Source: Ancylonema sp. (Eukaryota). Taken from it: a stretch of DNA of 58,000 nt. The stretch spans positions 1-58,000 of the forward strand of contig JBFLGF010000186.1 of NCBI GenBank assembly GCA_050230475.1, read 5' to 3'. Positions within the stretch are counted from its first letter, which is position 1; every line of letters begins with the position of its first letter. Below the pieces are notes generated by a model. It ran no database searches. It worked only from the letters and a program-made list of their open reading frames with translations, and was not told the origin of the DNA. The translations under genes and the position numbers were made by a program. Of this stretch, positions 12,138 to 24,927 are shown in pieces.

Positions 12138-15100
12138 TCAATCAACAATCCGAGCCGGTACATTTCGGTTTTTTTTCCTCGACCGCGTCTGCCTCCCCAC
12201 TCCTTCATCGGTTTCCGGTCTTGGTTCCAAAGTCAACGCGTACATATGCACAGGAAACAATTCTTGCGGCCACCCTCGTTGCGCCTGCAACACCCGGACC
12301 TAACAGTTAGGGTCATCCGAACACCGAAATCCAACAATGCAAACGCACAAATAATGTTGTTCATGTAAAACGCGACATGTATCGATATTGGTAGGATGAT
12401 ATTATACTTGATGTATTGATTATATACTTGGAAGTTTATATTGTACTCGATATATTGATATGATTATATAATCGATGGATTGGCATTGATGTATTGGTGA
12501 TTGCAGAACATTTCGACATGCATACAGCTTCTGTGCCCCTCAATAGCTAGGCTACACATTTACGAGTGTGCCCGTTTTAAACGGTCGACAATTGACCATT
12601 GGATCCCACTCTCTAAACGACCTCGAGTAAAAATTATGGAGAATTTGAAATATCGAGATATACATGCGCATGCATGCGTAGAGGTGAAAATATGGCCTAC
12701 ACAAGTAAGTGAGGATGACATATTATTAATATGTGTGCTACAACAAACTCTTATTACAACACACCCTCCCAGACACCTCCCCCCACATCTACTCATGGTT
12801 GCGACTTAAATAACACTCTCCCTCTTTACGTCCCCCAAACCAACATAGAATTCATGTACACACGTATAATAACATAGAATTCTTTGTACCATTCTTTTGT
12901 GGCATCTGGAAGCGGAACGCGCATAACCAAAGAGGTCGATTTCATTGTCGGGTGGTTTGTGTTCTCGTACCTTGCTCCTGTACACGTGTAGCCCACATTC
13001 CTCGAACAATTTCCGAAAGTGTGGGTCGGATCGGGTGACGCTGCTGTCCTCTTTGTCGAATACAAAACCTGGTGGACAAAGAAAAAGGGAAAAGATATGG
13101 AAAGAATTCCGAAATAGGCAACAAGTGAGCTTTCATGACCAATGCACAAAGCATAACGACATCTTCACACTGCTGCTGTGTCTGAATTCCAAAAATACGA
13201 ATGGAATAAACACATCCATAGAAAAGGAGAAAAGACACAAAAGACAATCAGATACAAACGGCATGCACACAATAATGCGCCCAGCCACACATACATGCAC
13301 CTACATCCGTGTATAACGATATGTACATACATATAGCCGACATGTATACATAAATGTACATACATATACAATACAATTACATACATATACAATTTGTATT
13401 AGCCTTAGCAATATAAATCCCTTGAATAGCGATATGAAATTCCAGGTCTAGACTTCCAGCCCGACCAATCGCCCAGATTTCTCGCAGGTTCCAAAAAACG
13501 AAGAAATAATTTTCTGTTATAGAATCCATCCACCGGCCTGATGAGGTGACACGTATGCTGCCCCCTGTAGTACAACGTCATCATTACAATCTTGCCTCTA
13601 GGCTGTCTACGTTGATTTCGAAGACCAGCTGTGGTTCGGCAAACCCCTCTTAATAAATGAGGGGGTACACCTTGTAACGAACCCTTCATTTGAAAGTTTG
13701 TGAGCCAGAGTATGACTTGCAAATTCCGACATCCATTCTTGATGGTATTCTATTGACGATGTAACACACACCACCATATCGTTCACTATTGCAAACACTG
13801 ATACTGATACTCATACTTTTGGTCCTTCAACGCACTCCATGAAAAAGAAAGGAGAAAGGATCTCTGTCGTTGTCGTTATGGTTGTTGTTTCTCACCTTCC
13901 CTGGCTTGATTTTCTTTGAGAATGAATACTCCGCCGGGCTTCAGCCCTGACTGCACACCAGAAACGTAGGACTGTCTTCTTAAGCTAGATTTTTCTCTTA
14001 CAGTTGTACATTTACTTCGGATTTACATTAAATGACATTCTGTGTCAGTTTGCGCCCAAGGGAGCTGCACATCACCCTCTTTTTGTGGATGGTCGGGACC
14101 ATTTTTTGAGCTCGACTTTTTTTCATTCGTTCTTTCTTTTTGTTTTGTTTTGAGGTAGGGTTTCACAGGCTAGCAGGTCTGTAAACACTTGAATGTCTCT
14201 TCACACTTGGTGGAGTTCCGATGAACGATGAATGGCAGAGAAATAGAAAGATTGGAGAAAATTTTGTATTACACGAATGCATGTCTATTTGTATACAGAT
14301 AAAGTGCAAATACAATACATATCAATGCACATACCTTCGACTAGGCACAGAAGCATACTATAATACACACAGAGTAACAAGAGTAACAAAAACATATGCA
14401 AGTTCATATATATATACAGATATACATATATATATACATATACATGCACAGACACTCCCACACATACATATATATATCATACCCCCATACATGAAGACGT
14501 ACGCGTGTACATAATACAAACGTGCTGCCTGCATTCATATTTGTATACATTCATGCATATATACATAGAACATATATACACGCATGTATACACACAGGCA
14601 TACGTACATACGTGTAAACATATATGTATACATACATGTATACATATATGCATACATACATGCAGGCATACATACATGCAAACAAACATACAACCATACA
14701 TACATACTTGCATACCTACATGCTTACATACATACATACATACATACCTACATATATACATACCTCCATACCTCCTACAGTTGAATTCCCAATAACCCCA
14801 TCTCCTTACCTTTGCTCTCTGGAAGAACTTTGGGAAGTCTTCATCCGTCAAGTGCCCCGCGCACCATTGGATCCAAATGCAATCGTAACGACCAGGGAGG
14901 GGGGTGAGTTCCTGGAGACCAACGCAGTAAAACTCTTTTGCCGAGTGCCCATCCAGCCTTTCTGCCCCCTCGCCCAGGTTCCTTTTTGCCGCCTCCAGGA
15001 AATGCGCCACTGGTTCTGCCAGGTCCACCTGCGAAACCCCCCTACAGTTCAGCTCCCTCTGGTGTACCTTTTTTGGGCCAATCCTAGGCTGCCACCTGTC

Positions 15101-15833
15101 CCTCCCGTCCCCCACTGACCTCGTGGAAATAGTCAAGAAGAAGGCTCTTCGTCACTCGGCCCACCCCCGCCCCACAGTCTGACCACCCCAACCTCAACCC
15201 AACCCCCAAACCAACCCCCACCTCCCCCCCCGTTCAGCCTCCAGCACTCCATTCCAGAAGCAGACAAAAGTATCCCCTTCTCTTCTCTCACCTAACGCCA
15301 CCCTCCTGTTCCCCTCTCCCTCCTCTGTCTCCCACTCGGGTCCGAACGCGTGGCGGATGAACTCCCTGCTGTCCGCCACGTCGCGGTTGTTCAGCCTCTC
15401 GTGGCCGCCCAGCACACCGGACACGGACGCGTCCACACCCTGGAACACCGCCGTGACATCAGCATGACGTCAGCGTCAAGGGATTGCCCTGTAATGGTGC
15501 CTGATCCTGGACCCTGACCGCTGAACACCAGATCCTGAATCCTGAGCACGGAACCATGAGCCCTGAGCCCTGAGCCCCTTGCGAGGACGAGCATGGAAAT
15601 TGTACTATGAGGAGGAATTAGTTGCAAAGAGTTTGATTCCGGTAGTTCATGGGGGAGTGGTTGGACTGTATTCCTGCCTGCCAATACTCGACTCCCTTCC
15701 GATACCACTGACTGTGTTTCTCCTCGTCCACCTCCTCTGCGGCCCCCCCCTGGCCGGCTTCAGAGTGCCACAGCTCCTCTGTGGAGGTGTAGGCGATCCC
15801 GTCGGAATCCCATCCAACGGCCACGTCGTCCAT
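12138..15833 (-). CDS. NTMT1: Alpha N-terminal protein methyltransferase 1 (NTMT1/Tae1 family), ~293 aa; exons 15833-15678, 15439-15292, 15178-15120, 15028-14810, 13950-13896, 13068-12971, 12284-12138; a 5' extension is possible
   Basis: WYRKGVEYWQ|GVDASVSGVLGG, SAM motif I ALDCGAGVGRVTK, YDCIWIQWCAGHLTD, LKEN, DKEDSSVTRSD and ELFPVHMYAL are diagnostic for the family. Confidence 0.93.
14290..14772. repeat. Long degenerate (TACA/TATA)n microsatellite in an NTMT1 intron; similar tracts at ~13290-13395, ~34930-35120 and ~51965-52050
   Basis: Direct reading: catacatacatacatac... tracts; these account for the spurious low-complexity ORFs here. Confidence 0.9.
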
Positions 15834-16722
15834 GGCCGTCTTCTTTTGGGAGATTGCTGGAGAGAGACGAGGAAGGAGGATGGAGGAAGGATCACGGTCC
15901 CCTTCCCGCTCACCATTTCGGACTTTGCGGTTGGAAGGAAGTATGACGGGTGAGGCGAAGACAGACTGGTCTGGACTCACAGACGGCAAACTTGGCAACT
16001 CCTGGAATATACATATATTTTTTGTGTCCACTACAGTATCCTCTGCCCCTGTCCAGAAAACTACCGACTACACGACCCATGCACACCTCGACAGCAGGTT
16101 GCTCTCGTGACAGAGAAGCGCGCGCCGAGCAGAGTGCGCCGCGAGGTCGCGTTTTGCCACTGGGTCGACACTATGGGGAAGGGGAAGCTAGTCAGATAGC
16201 GGACGGCCATATGAAACCTCCCTGCCTGCCTGTCTGCCTGCGCGTAGAGGCAGGCCCAGGGATGTTCCAGGGGTCAATCTGCCGATGACTTGACGAAGGA
16301 GAAGGAACCAGGGAACTTACCTTTTGTCTGCAGAAAAGGGTCGCGCACTGGCCTCTTTGAAATTGTCCGAGGGCACCGAATACTTGCGAGCGGTTGCGTC
16401 AAAGTGCCTTACTGGTTGAAATAAGCATTAGCCGGTTGTGGTCTTAGAGTTTCGTTATTAGGGGCCAAATTGCTTCCGCAGGAGAACGAGGAGTGACACC
16501 CAAACCCAGGAGCCGAGCTTCAAAATTCAGCCTTTCCTGACACGTGTTTTTCCAGATCTGTGATTCTTGTACTAGAGTCAGAAGAAGCGTCAGCGATAGC
16601 GGCAGCAGCAGCAGCAGCAGAGTCGTGTGCGGGGAAAGATGGCAGCCTTGGGCGGGCAGAATTTGAAACCGATGTGGGCGGGTCCCGGTGGGTGGGCGGC
16701 TGATACCTGTCTGCGAATTGTC

Positions 16723-17055
16723 CGGTAATCCCTCGATATAACGACTCTCAAGATTATAATAACCTTGATATTACGACACGTTTACACTCCAACCCCGATA
16801 TAAGAAACATAAAACTCCGTTAAAAAAATATTCTTAGAGCGAATGCTTCTTATGCTTCTTATGTATATCACATTTTGAGTGTAAAAACGCAAAAAAATAA
16901 AGATAAATAAAATCTTACAACGAATAGTTTCTTACAACGATTTTTTTTTTAATCGAGGTTCGAGTGTCTGCGGAAGTTCCCTCAATAGATCGACACCCTC
17001 GATCTAGCGACGCCGTTACCAAAACTTTCTGAGTAGTTATTTCAAGGGATTACTG
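16723..17055. mobile_element. Degenerate Tc1/mariner (pogo-like) MITE
   Basis: Left cggtaatccctcgatataac versus reverse complement of the right end cagtaatcccttgaaataac; internal repeats of cccc/ccttgatat; the TA TSD is eroded. Confidence 0.55.
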
Positions 17056-20002
17056 AAGTTGTCTAAGAGTAAACAATATTGGATAGATCATTCATTCATT
17101 TTCTGATTTGATTTGTTCGTTCGTTCGTCATATTAAATCGCCGATATAAGAAATTCGGATCTGGAAAAAATGTTTCTCATCACGATTTTTGTTACTCGTA
17201 CTTCCATTTTTTGAAGGAGGACCTTGCGATTAGTTTCTTATAGAGAAATTTAACACGTGGCTCCATGACGTTGAATCTTTGACCTTAGGGTTGGTTTTTT
17301 TGTACATCTCGACTTGCAATACCTACAACTTGTAGGCTACAAGTATTAAAGTACATTGATTCATTCACGAAGCTCACTTGCTAACAATTGTACTCAAATG
17401 TGGGCGTAAAACAGTCGCTGAAAGGAAAATGGTGTGAAATTCAAAGAGGGCTGTAAAAAAATGAACGGTTTTCTTTCTATATGTTTGCTTGCTCGGTATG
17501 AGAAACTTGTTGAATATGTTTTTGATTCTTACAGCGTGGGTTCTTATTTATGTACAGTAGACCCTCTTTATTGGTCGGCATACTTTGGAGATTCTTTTTT
17601 TGTGGGGTGTACCGAGGATGTGTCAAAAAAACAAGGATCATAGTCGTGCGTCACCCCATAAACATCATTTATTGTTCGGTAATTAAAATGATGTTTATAA
17701 ATCGGTTCTAATTTACACGTTGGTTGGCTATTGATTGTCGTGTAATACATTGTCCCACGAAATCGCAACTCGAAATCGCAACTCGTACATGCAACTACGT
17801 TGTAAATTGTGGCTAGGAGGTAAATATCACTTCTAGATAGAATCGGGAGAGAACAAAGTATTGTTAGAGCAATCATTGCTTGGCAATGAGAAAGGGCTGA
17901 CACCTTACACATTGACTTCAATTTGACTCCAATTTATCGTAGGCATGAAGTCACGATACTTCCTTAATTCCTATGAGCAAAGTTGAGGGATATGAACAGA
18001 GCTTATGCGTACTTGAACTAGCGAATTGTCCCGAGTTTGGATAGTAAGGACCCAAAAACTTCCGGCACCCTCGACTTTTGGGACGTATGGAACTCTGTGT
18101 GTGTGCGGGTTTCGAGTTGTGAATCGAATGCTATGAACATCACCACCCAGAATACGCACTCCAAAAGCTCTCCATTAAAACAATTAACGAGCTTCTTGCT
18201 TTGAGTTTCAAGCTAGGCTTGGGAACGACATCACAAAATGAGTGTACATGTGTTACAACATCAAACCTACTACTTGCTTGTGGGTGGTGTATGATCTCCA
18301 GCCCGATCTACCTTTAAAACCTCGCCTTCTTGAAACCCATCATACTTTTTAGGCTCAATCCATCCACCCACATAGCCGCCTCTTACGGACCTTTGAGCGC
18401 TTCCAGCATCAAAAGGCACCCGTTCTCGTAGCCCTTTTGAATCACTAAACTTTCTCAAATCTAACTATTGCGGAAAATGCACGTTCGTCTTCATGGAATC
18501 GATTGAACGGCCTCTTGATGTGTAGCTTCCATCGTCACCACTAGCCGATATTTCCCCTATGTCATCATGTGTGCCTTGCTCACTTTTGCATTTGTAAGTT
18601 CGAAGATTTGTTAAAGATTTTTTGGGCGCTTTTCGACTCTTCAGGTGAGAGGGTACGAGATCAGGCTGGTTTGCCACCAGCAATTTGTGATAGACAGACC
18701 CACAATAATCTGCAGCCATCTGATGGCACTCCATCTAGAGGGAGGGGGGAGAGGGGTATACTATCAGTACCTTTCCACATTTAAATAGAGACCCTCCATC
18801 AATAACTAACATGGACTTTGTCTATCAATATTGGTGATTTTATCGAATTTAGTAGTGAATGGTTCCGCCACAAGTATGGAAGTTCCGCCACAAATATGAA
18901 AATAACCATCTGTTTGAAGTGCTGAAATTGAAACGAGGACGATAGGGAATAGTTTTTTTACAAAGATATATGATTACAGATTTATATGTAAAGATCTTAC
19001 AGATGCGGTGGCGAGACAGGCACTGATCTCCCTCTCCTCACAATCTTGTTGACATTCACCACCTGCCTCTCTGTCCCTCCCAGCAGCCAGCAACCTTTGC
19101 CACCAGCGTGGTTGGCATTTCCTCAGAGCTGCCCGACTGCAGCCCATTCGAGCACCAACCTGCAATATGCCGATCAAGTGTCACCCTGAGTTCCAATGGA
19201 AACCAATGTAACGGGTGGCCGCTGAGTATTCAATACACGTGACTGGACGCGGTCTTGTAAAATTCAGGCCATTGTTTTTTTTTCCAGTCGTTTTTTTAAA
19301 TCGCCGTGTGACCATTTTACCTCACAGCGCTCATCAAACAGAAGTTCGCTGTGAGACCACGACTTGTGACACGTATCGTCATCCAGGAAGGCCAACAAAA
19401 ATGGTCCTCGTTCTGGATTGTCAGCAGGTGCAGCTGGCACAGGGACTCTCGCAGGTGGCACAGACTGATCAAAAGCAACGGTCGTCGCCGCAGGAGACAG
19501 GCCTGTCTCGAGTCCTGCATCGCACAGAGTGTAAAATCAAGAGGCTGGCTCATTGCTGCAAAACGCGATTGTATTCACCTGATTGCGTCATGATGGACAC
19601 TTCAAAGGGTAACGTTCTCCTCAGCGACACCAAGGAGTCGCTAGACTCTTTGTCAGCGCAGGACTCTGCAGACGCAATCGGTGCCAGAGGTATTACTTCT
19701 TGACTCCGGCTCATCGTAACGGCTCAGCTCGGCTCGGCTCGGCTTCTTGGCTCGGCTTAGTTTGTGCATAACGGTAGTTTGTACATAACGGTACGGTACC
19801 AGGACCAAACACGTGGATGGCGTGGAATTTTGGGTTGGATGACCTGGCAGGACGACCCAATTAGTCAAAAGACAATTGATACCGAACATTAATATCCTGT
19901 CTAAAATAACAATCTGGGGACGCGGAACGGCCGGGAAAAAAAGCAACCAACCCCCCCCGCAAGAAGAAGGCAAGCGTCAATTGTCGGTTGCAAGGTGTCG
20001 CC

Positions 20003-22364
20003 ATGGCTGCAGCTCTGTGCCCTGCTGTTGCGGCTGGATCACTCCAGAAACTGACGAGGAGATCCACATTTTCTGATGGAATCTCCAGAGACAACCCTGC
20101 GCGTCGAGCGGCCACAGTATCTGCACGGACGAAAAATCGAAATGCGCAAGAACGACATGCCGATTCGCGTTCCTCATTTTCCGCGTTGAAAGATCTCGGT
20201 ATCGCCTTCAACAGAAGGTCTCGACGATGTGAGGTCCGCGCTACGCCGGCCAATGCCGTCAGTGTCGTTGGGGAGAAGCCCGAGGGCACCACTGAAGCGG
20301 CAGCGCCGGCTCCTTCGATCTCAACTGCTGCAGCCGTCGTCACCCCCACACCTCCCAGTGAGTGGGATGGAACGATTTCTAATGACTTATGTTGTGTGCG
20401 CTCCCACGGATAATAGATTTCGGCTAGACAAACTGTGTGTTTCAATTCGGGCATTGTTTTGTCAATGATAAAGTCTGGCTCTTATCTGAGATTTGACACC
20501 GTACCTGTGCTCGTGTGGACGGAGAGGCTTACACAGATATCTCTGATTGCACGCATCTCAATATTTGAACAATACTCTCTCGGAGGATTCTATGGGTAAA
20601 TATGTTACGTCGGAAAACTCACTATGCAGGGTTTGTAACATACCCGGGTCTGTCACATTATTATTAGTCATTAGGGTATGGACCTCACCTGACTTCACCA
20701 CTTGCAGGCCCTGCCCCGGAAGCCACTTCCAGTTCTCCTGGTCATGCGGGCATTGAGGTCGACTCTGTGGTCGAGGCGGACATGAAGGAGAACGGTTTCC
20801 GCAGCACTCGCCGCACCAAGCTCATCTGCACCATCGGCCCGGCCTCGTGCTCTTTTGAGCAGCTGGAAGCGCTGGCCAGCGGCGGGATGAACGTGGCGCG
20901 ACTCAACATGTGCCACGGGACGCACGACTGGCACCGTGGCGTCATCGCGTCCGTCCGCAATCTGAACAAGGAGAAGGGGTACTCCGTGGCGATCATGATG
21001 GACACGGAGGGGTCGGAGATCCACATGGGGGACCTGGGGGGGGCGCCGTCCGCCAAGGCGGAGGATGGGGAGGAGTGGACCTTCACGGTGCGCAAAATGT
21101 CTTCCGAGGGAGAGAAGGCAGAGCGCACCGTGAACGTGAACTACGACGGGTTCGTGGATGACGTCATCGAGGGGGACGAGTTGGTGGTGGACGGCGGCAT
21201 GGTGCGGTTTCAGGTGCTCGACAAAATGGGGCCTGATGTGCGCGTGCGCGTCATCGACCCGGGGCTGCTGCGGCCCCGCGCCAACCTCACCTTCTTCCGC
21301 CAGGGACTGCTGGTGCGAGAACGAAACGCAATGCTGCCCACCATCTCCTCCAAGGACTGGATCGACATCGACTTTGGTATCGCGGAGAACGTGGACTTCA
21401 TCGCCATCTCCTTTGTGAAGTCGGCGGAAGTGGTGAAGCACCTGAGGAGCTACGTGAGCGCGAGGGGGAGAACCATCGGGATCTTCTCCAAGATTGAGAG
21501 CAGCGACTCTCTCAAGAACCTCCCCTCCATCATCGCTGTCTCCGACGGCGCCATGGTCGCGCGAGGCGACTTGGGGGCGCAGATCCCCCTGGAGCAGGTG
21601 CCCAGCGTGCAGCAGGAGGTGGTGCACATCTGCAGGCAGCTGAACAAGCCTGTCATCGTGGCAAGCCAGCTGCTGGAGTCCATGATCGAGTTCCCCACGC
21701 CCACCAGGGCGGAAGTGGCAGACATATCGGAGGCGGTGCGTCAGCGGGCGGACGCCCTCATGCTCAGCGGCGAGTCCGCCATGGGGCTCTTCCCGGAAAA
21801 AGCTCTGAGCGTTCTTCGCACTGTGTCCACGCGGATTGAGGCGTGGTGCCGCGACGAGAAGCACCACGAGTCCATGAAGCTAAACGAAATCAGCGCGCAG
21901 CTTCCCGACCGCATCTCGGAACAGATTTGCAACGCTGCTGCCAGCATGGCCAACCAGTTGGGGGTGGGGGCGCTGTTTGTGTACACTCGTCGAGGGTACA
22001 TGGCCAGTCTGCTCAGCCGCAACCGTCCCGACTGCCCCATATTCGCATTCACCAACAGCACAGACGTGCGGCAGAAGCTGAATCTGTACTGGGGCCTCAT
22101 CCCCTTCCGCATTGACTTCAGCGACGACATGGAGGACAACCTTCAGAGGACGTTTGCATTGCTTAAGGTGAGAACAACGAGGGGGGGGGGGGGTGGGAAA
22201 AAAACTTGTTGTATCGGTGCTTGATTGGTGGGTGTCCGATGGGCGGATGGTTGCAGGCTCGAGGGATGATGAAGACAGGGGATGTTATTGTTGCAGTGTC
22301 TGATTTAACGGCTGGCACACAAGCTGATATGCTTCAATCAATTCAGATCCGGAAAGTACCGTGA
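20003..22364 (+). CDS. PKP1: Plastidial pyruvate kinase alpha subunit with transit peptide; exons 20003-20357, 20708-22167, 22257-22364
   Basis: [73 protein letters not shown]; Ala/Ser/Arg-rich N-terminus; splice phases are consistent. Confidence 0.95.
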
Positions 22365-23206
22365 TTGCATTTTTGCTTACTTTAGGGGGTCTTGCTAGTG
22401 CTGAAACCGTGTCATTGCTCTACACACTTTGATTCTGCGTCTCAGATAGTGGTCGAAGTTGTATAAAAAAAAAACTAGTACAGACCATGGTGGTGACCTT
22501 AAAAGACAAATGCGGGAGTCCATGGCAATCTCGCCTTCAATTTCTCGCATTTCTCGCATCAATTTCTGTTTGGGCAAGTTTTAATTGTCTATTCCAACTC
22601 TATATACTGATCAAAAGATGAAGTCTAGATCATTGAAACAAGTCCGGCAAGACAACAATTTTTGCAAGTTGTGCTGATGGTTTGTTTGACCCAACATGTG
22701 AGACGGGGAGTGCTCTCTCATTGTGTAGGAGTTGTGTTTCTTTGTTATGTTCTACTGTAAAAGTATGGGTGGTGATGTATGTGCCTAGAAGTACCATGAT
22801 GTTTTCACCCCAACTGTGTTTTGGTGTATGTTAGACCTTCCCATGAATTTGTACAAATAAATAAGGTGAAGCCTCCACAATTGTCTCCCGGTTTCTCGCG
22901 CCGTACTTATCGAAACAGCCATATATGCCTTTCCCCCCCTCCCACCCCATTAAATCGCAATCACACATCGTATTGCGTCATCCAACCGATCTTCAAAATC
23001 ATGCCATTTTGAGGCAGGACCCGCCCGATTGCGGGATTGGGGACTTACTTTCTTATGCTTCTATGGATATGTATAAAGTTTCATGGGCCAGATTATATCT
23101 ACTCCCGGAAAAGATACATTTTGGCATGCTTTGTGAGTTGGTTTGGTAATTTTCTTCGTGCATGCCAAAGCTAGGTCCGAGACCACATGGTCCGGGAGTG
23201 GTTTTC

Positions 23207-23864
23207 TGTCAGCTTTTAGGGGCTGTGTAATTTTGTTATTATATCGATTTTAGGCTTTCTCAAAAGTTTTAGTTTTGTCGTTTTGTCGATGCCGGCCGAA
23301 TTACTTGTCGATATGATCACGTTTGGCCACCTAGTACAATGTCGATAAGAATAGGTGACTTGGCACAATTCTAATATATGATTGGTGTTGACTAGGTAGT
23401 TTCGATGTCTGTCGATCTTTGACTAGCAGGTGCCATAGATCACACGCGATTGTATTGAGTCTGGGCTTGCATGCAGAATTTTGTAATCAATCGATATGTC
23501 CCAATCTTGCACTGTTGTTGTGTGTGTTTGTAACGTTGTAAATATTTGTTTCAAGAGTGTGTAGACTGTTACTTCTCGTATCATAGTTGCGTCCCGGACC
23601 CGAGGATCCCGAACGCGTCCGGAGCACGTCCGGCCGCGGACGCGTCCGGAGATCGCCGGACGGTCCGGGACGCAACTAAGATGCAAAAAAAAAAAAAAAA
23701 CGGTTTCATTCTGAAGTCACACAAATATGGGGGTTCCAAAAAGATGGATATCAGATTTTGGCTGAGGCGTCCGGGCCCGGACGCGTCCCAGACGCGTCCA
23801 GAGATCCCCAGACTGTCCGGGACGCAACTAAGTCTCGCATCGATGGCAGAACATAGCAGCAACA
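23207..23864 (+). repeat. Copia 5' LTR, interrupted by a 251-bp MITE
   Basis: Matches 29613-30017 along its length once the MITE is removed; ends gcagcaaca. Confidence 0.9.
23582..23832. mobile_element. hAT-type MITE inserted in the Copia 5' LTR
   Basis: 18-bp TIR c(a/t)tagttgcgtcccggac; 8-bp TSD tctcgtat/tctcgcat; absent from the 3' LTR, whose empty site reads tcttgcac. Confidence 0.88.
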
Positions 23865-24927
23865 GTGCTATCAAAGCAAGGTATTGCATTTTAGATGGAG
23901 AAATAGTTCCTTTTCAAGCGTGTAATCAAAGGCATTTGCAACTCCCGATGACGCAGACTGTCTTGAGATGTGCAAGGGATTAGAGACAAAACTAGATGAA
24001 GTTTATCTTGCATATGATGATGAGCACTGGATCACGAGCGAGGATGAGATGGATTAGTACATCAAAGACATCGAAAGTTTTTGCAAGCGATCCAAGAAGT
24101 TGTGATGTTGCTGATGGGACTTGTGAGTGAGGATATAGCTAGAGCTCTTGAGTAGTATGAGAGAAAACCTGTAGAAACGTGGAAGTACCTGAATGAAGAA
24201 TTCTACAAAGCGACTCCACAACTGAAGCAACTTGCAAAGCAGCGATGACGATGATGCTGACGATGACGTTGACGCTAACGCTGACGTGATGAAGCTGCTC
24301 GCGGGATTGTCAAGGACAAAGTATGGGATGCTCAAAAAATTATACTTTGGTCAAGCAAAGGCTCCCGGAATCAACTAGGTCTAGGCAGAGATGGGCGCCG
24401 ATGAGCTTGATGATAAAAAAGAGCAAGGTGAAAGGGATACTAAAGCGCTGATTGCTGAAGCAACTTATGCAAAGTGGGATGCGGGTCAGAAATTTTCAAA
24501 TTGAGGGAGAGGTGGTGGTGGCGATGGTCGTGGAGATAGAGGTGCTGGCACATGTGACTATGGTGGATATCGAGGAGGCAGAAGTGATCGAGGTGGTGGT
24601 GGTGGCAGAGGAGTAGAGGGTGGTCATGCTTGCTACACTTGCGGCAAACGGGTCATTTTAGCAGAGACCGTCCGAGAAAAGATGTAAGCGACTACTAGGG
24701 AGCGACAGGGCATATTGAATTTACGTGTTTCGACAAAAAGAACACTTTGCCTCGAATGCAGCGCAGAGGCGAGCAGACTGTAAGAAAATCCGCACATGTG
24801 AGCGAAATCGATGTAGGTGGAGAACACGGTCATCGTGAAATGGTGGTTGGAGAAATCTGTGAGGGATTGGTTGGTGGAGGTGATGAAGAACGAGGCTTTC
24901 TATGGGATGATGGATCGAGTCACCTTT

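Noticed and set aside
14477..14800. Several ORFs rich in Y/I/H/T or C/M/V
   Set aside because: They are translations of the (TACA)n microsatellite in an intron.
17555..18763. Possible pogo-like element (left end ta-cagtagaccctc)
   Set aside because: The right TIR match is weak and the interior shows no recognisable transposase motif.
20695..21867. 390-aa antisense ORF
   Set aside because: A shadow of the GC3-rich PKP1 exon; no recognisable motifs.
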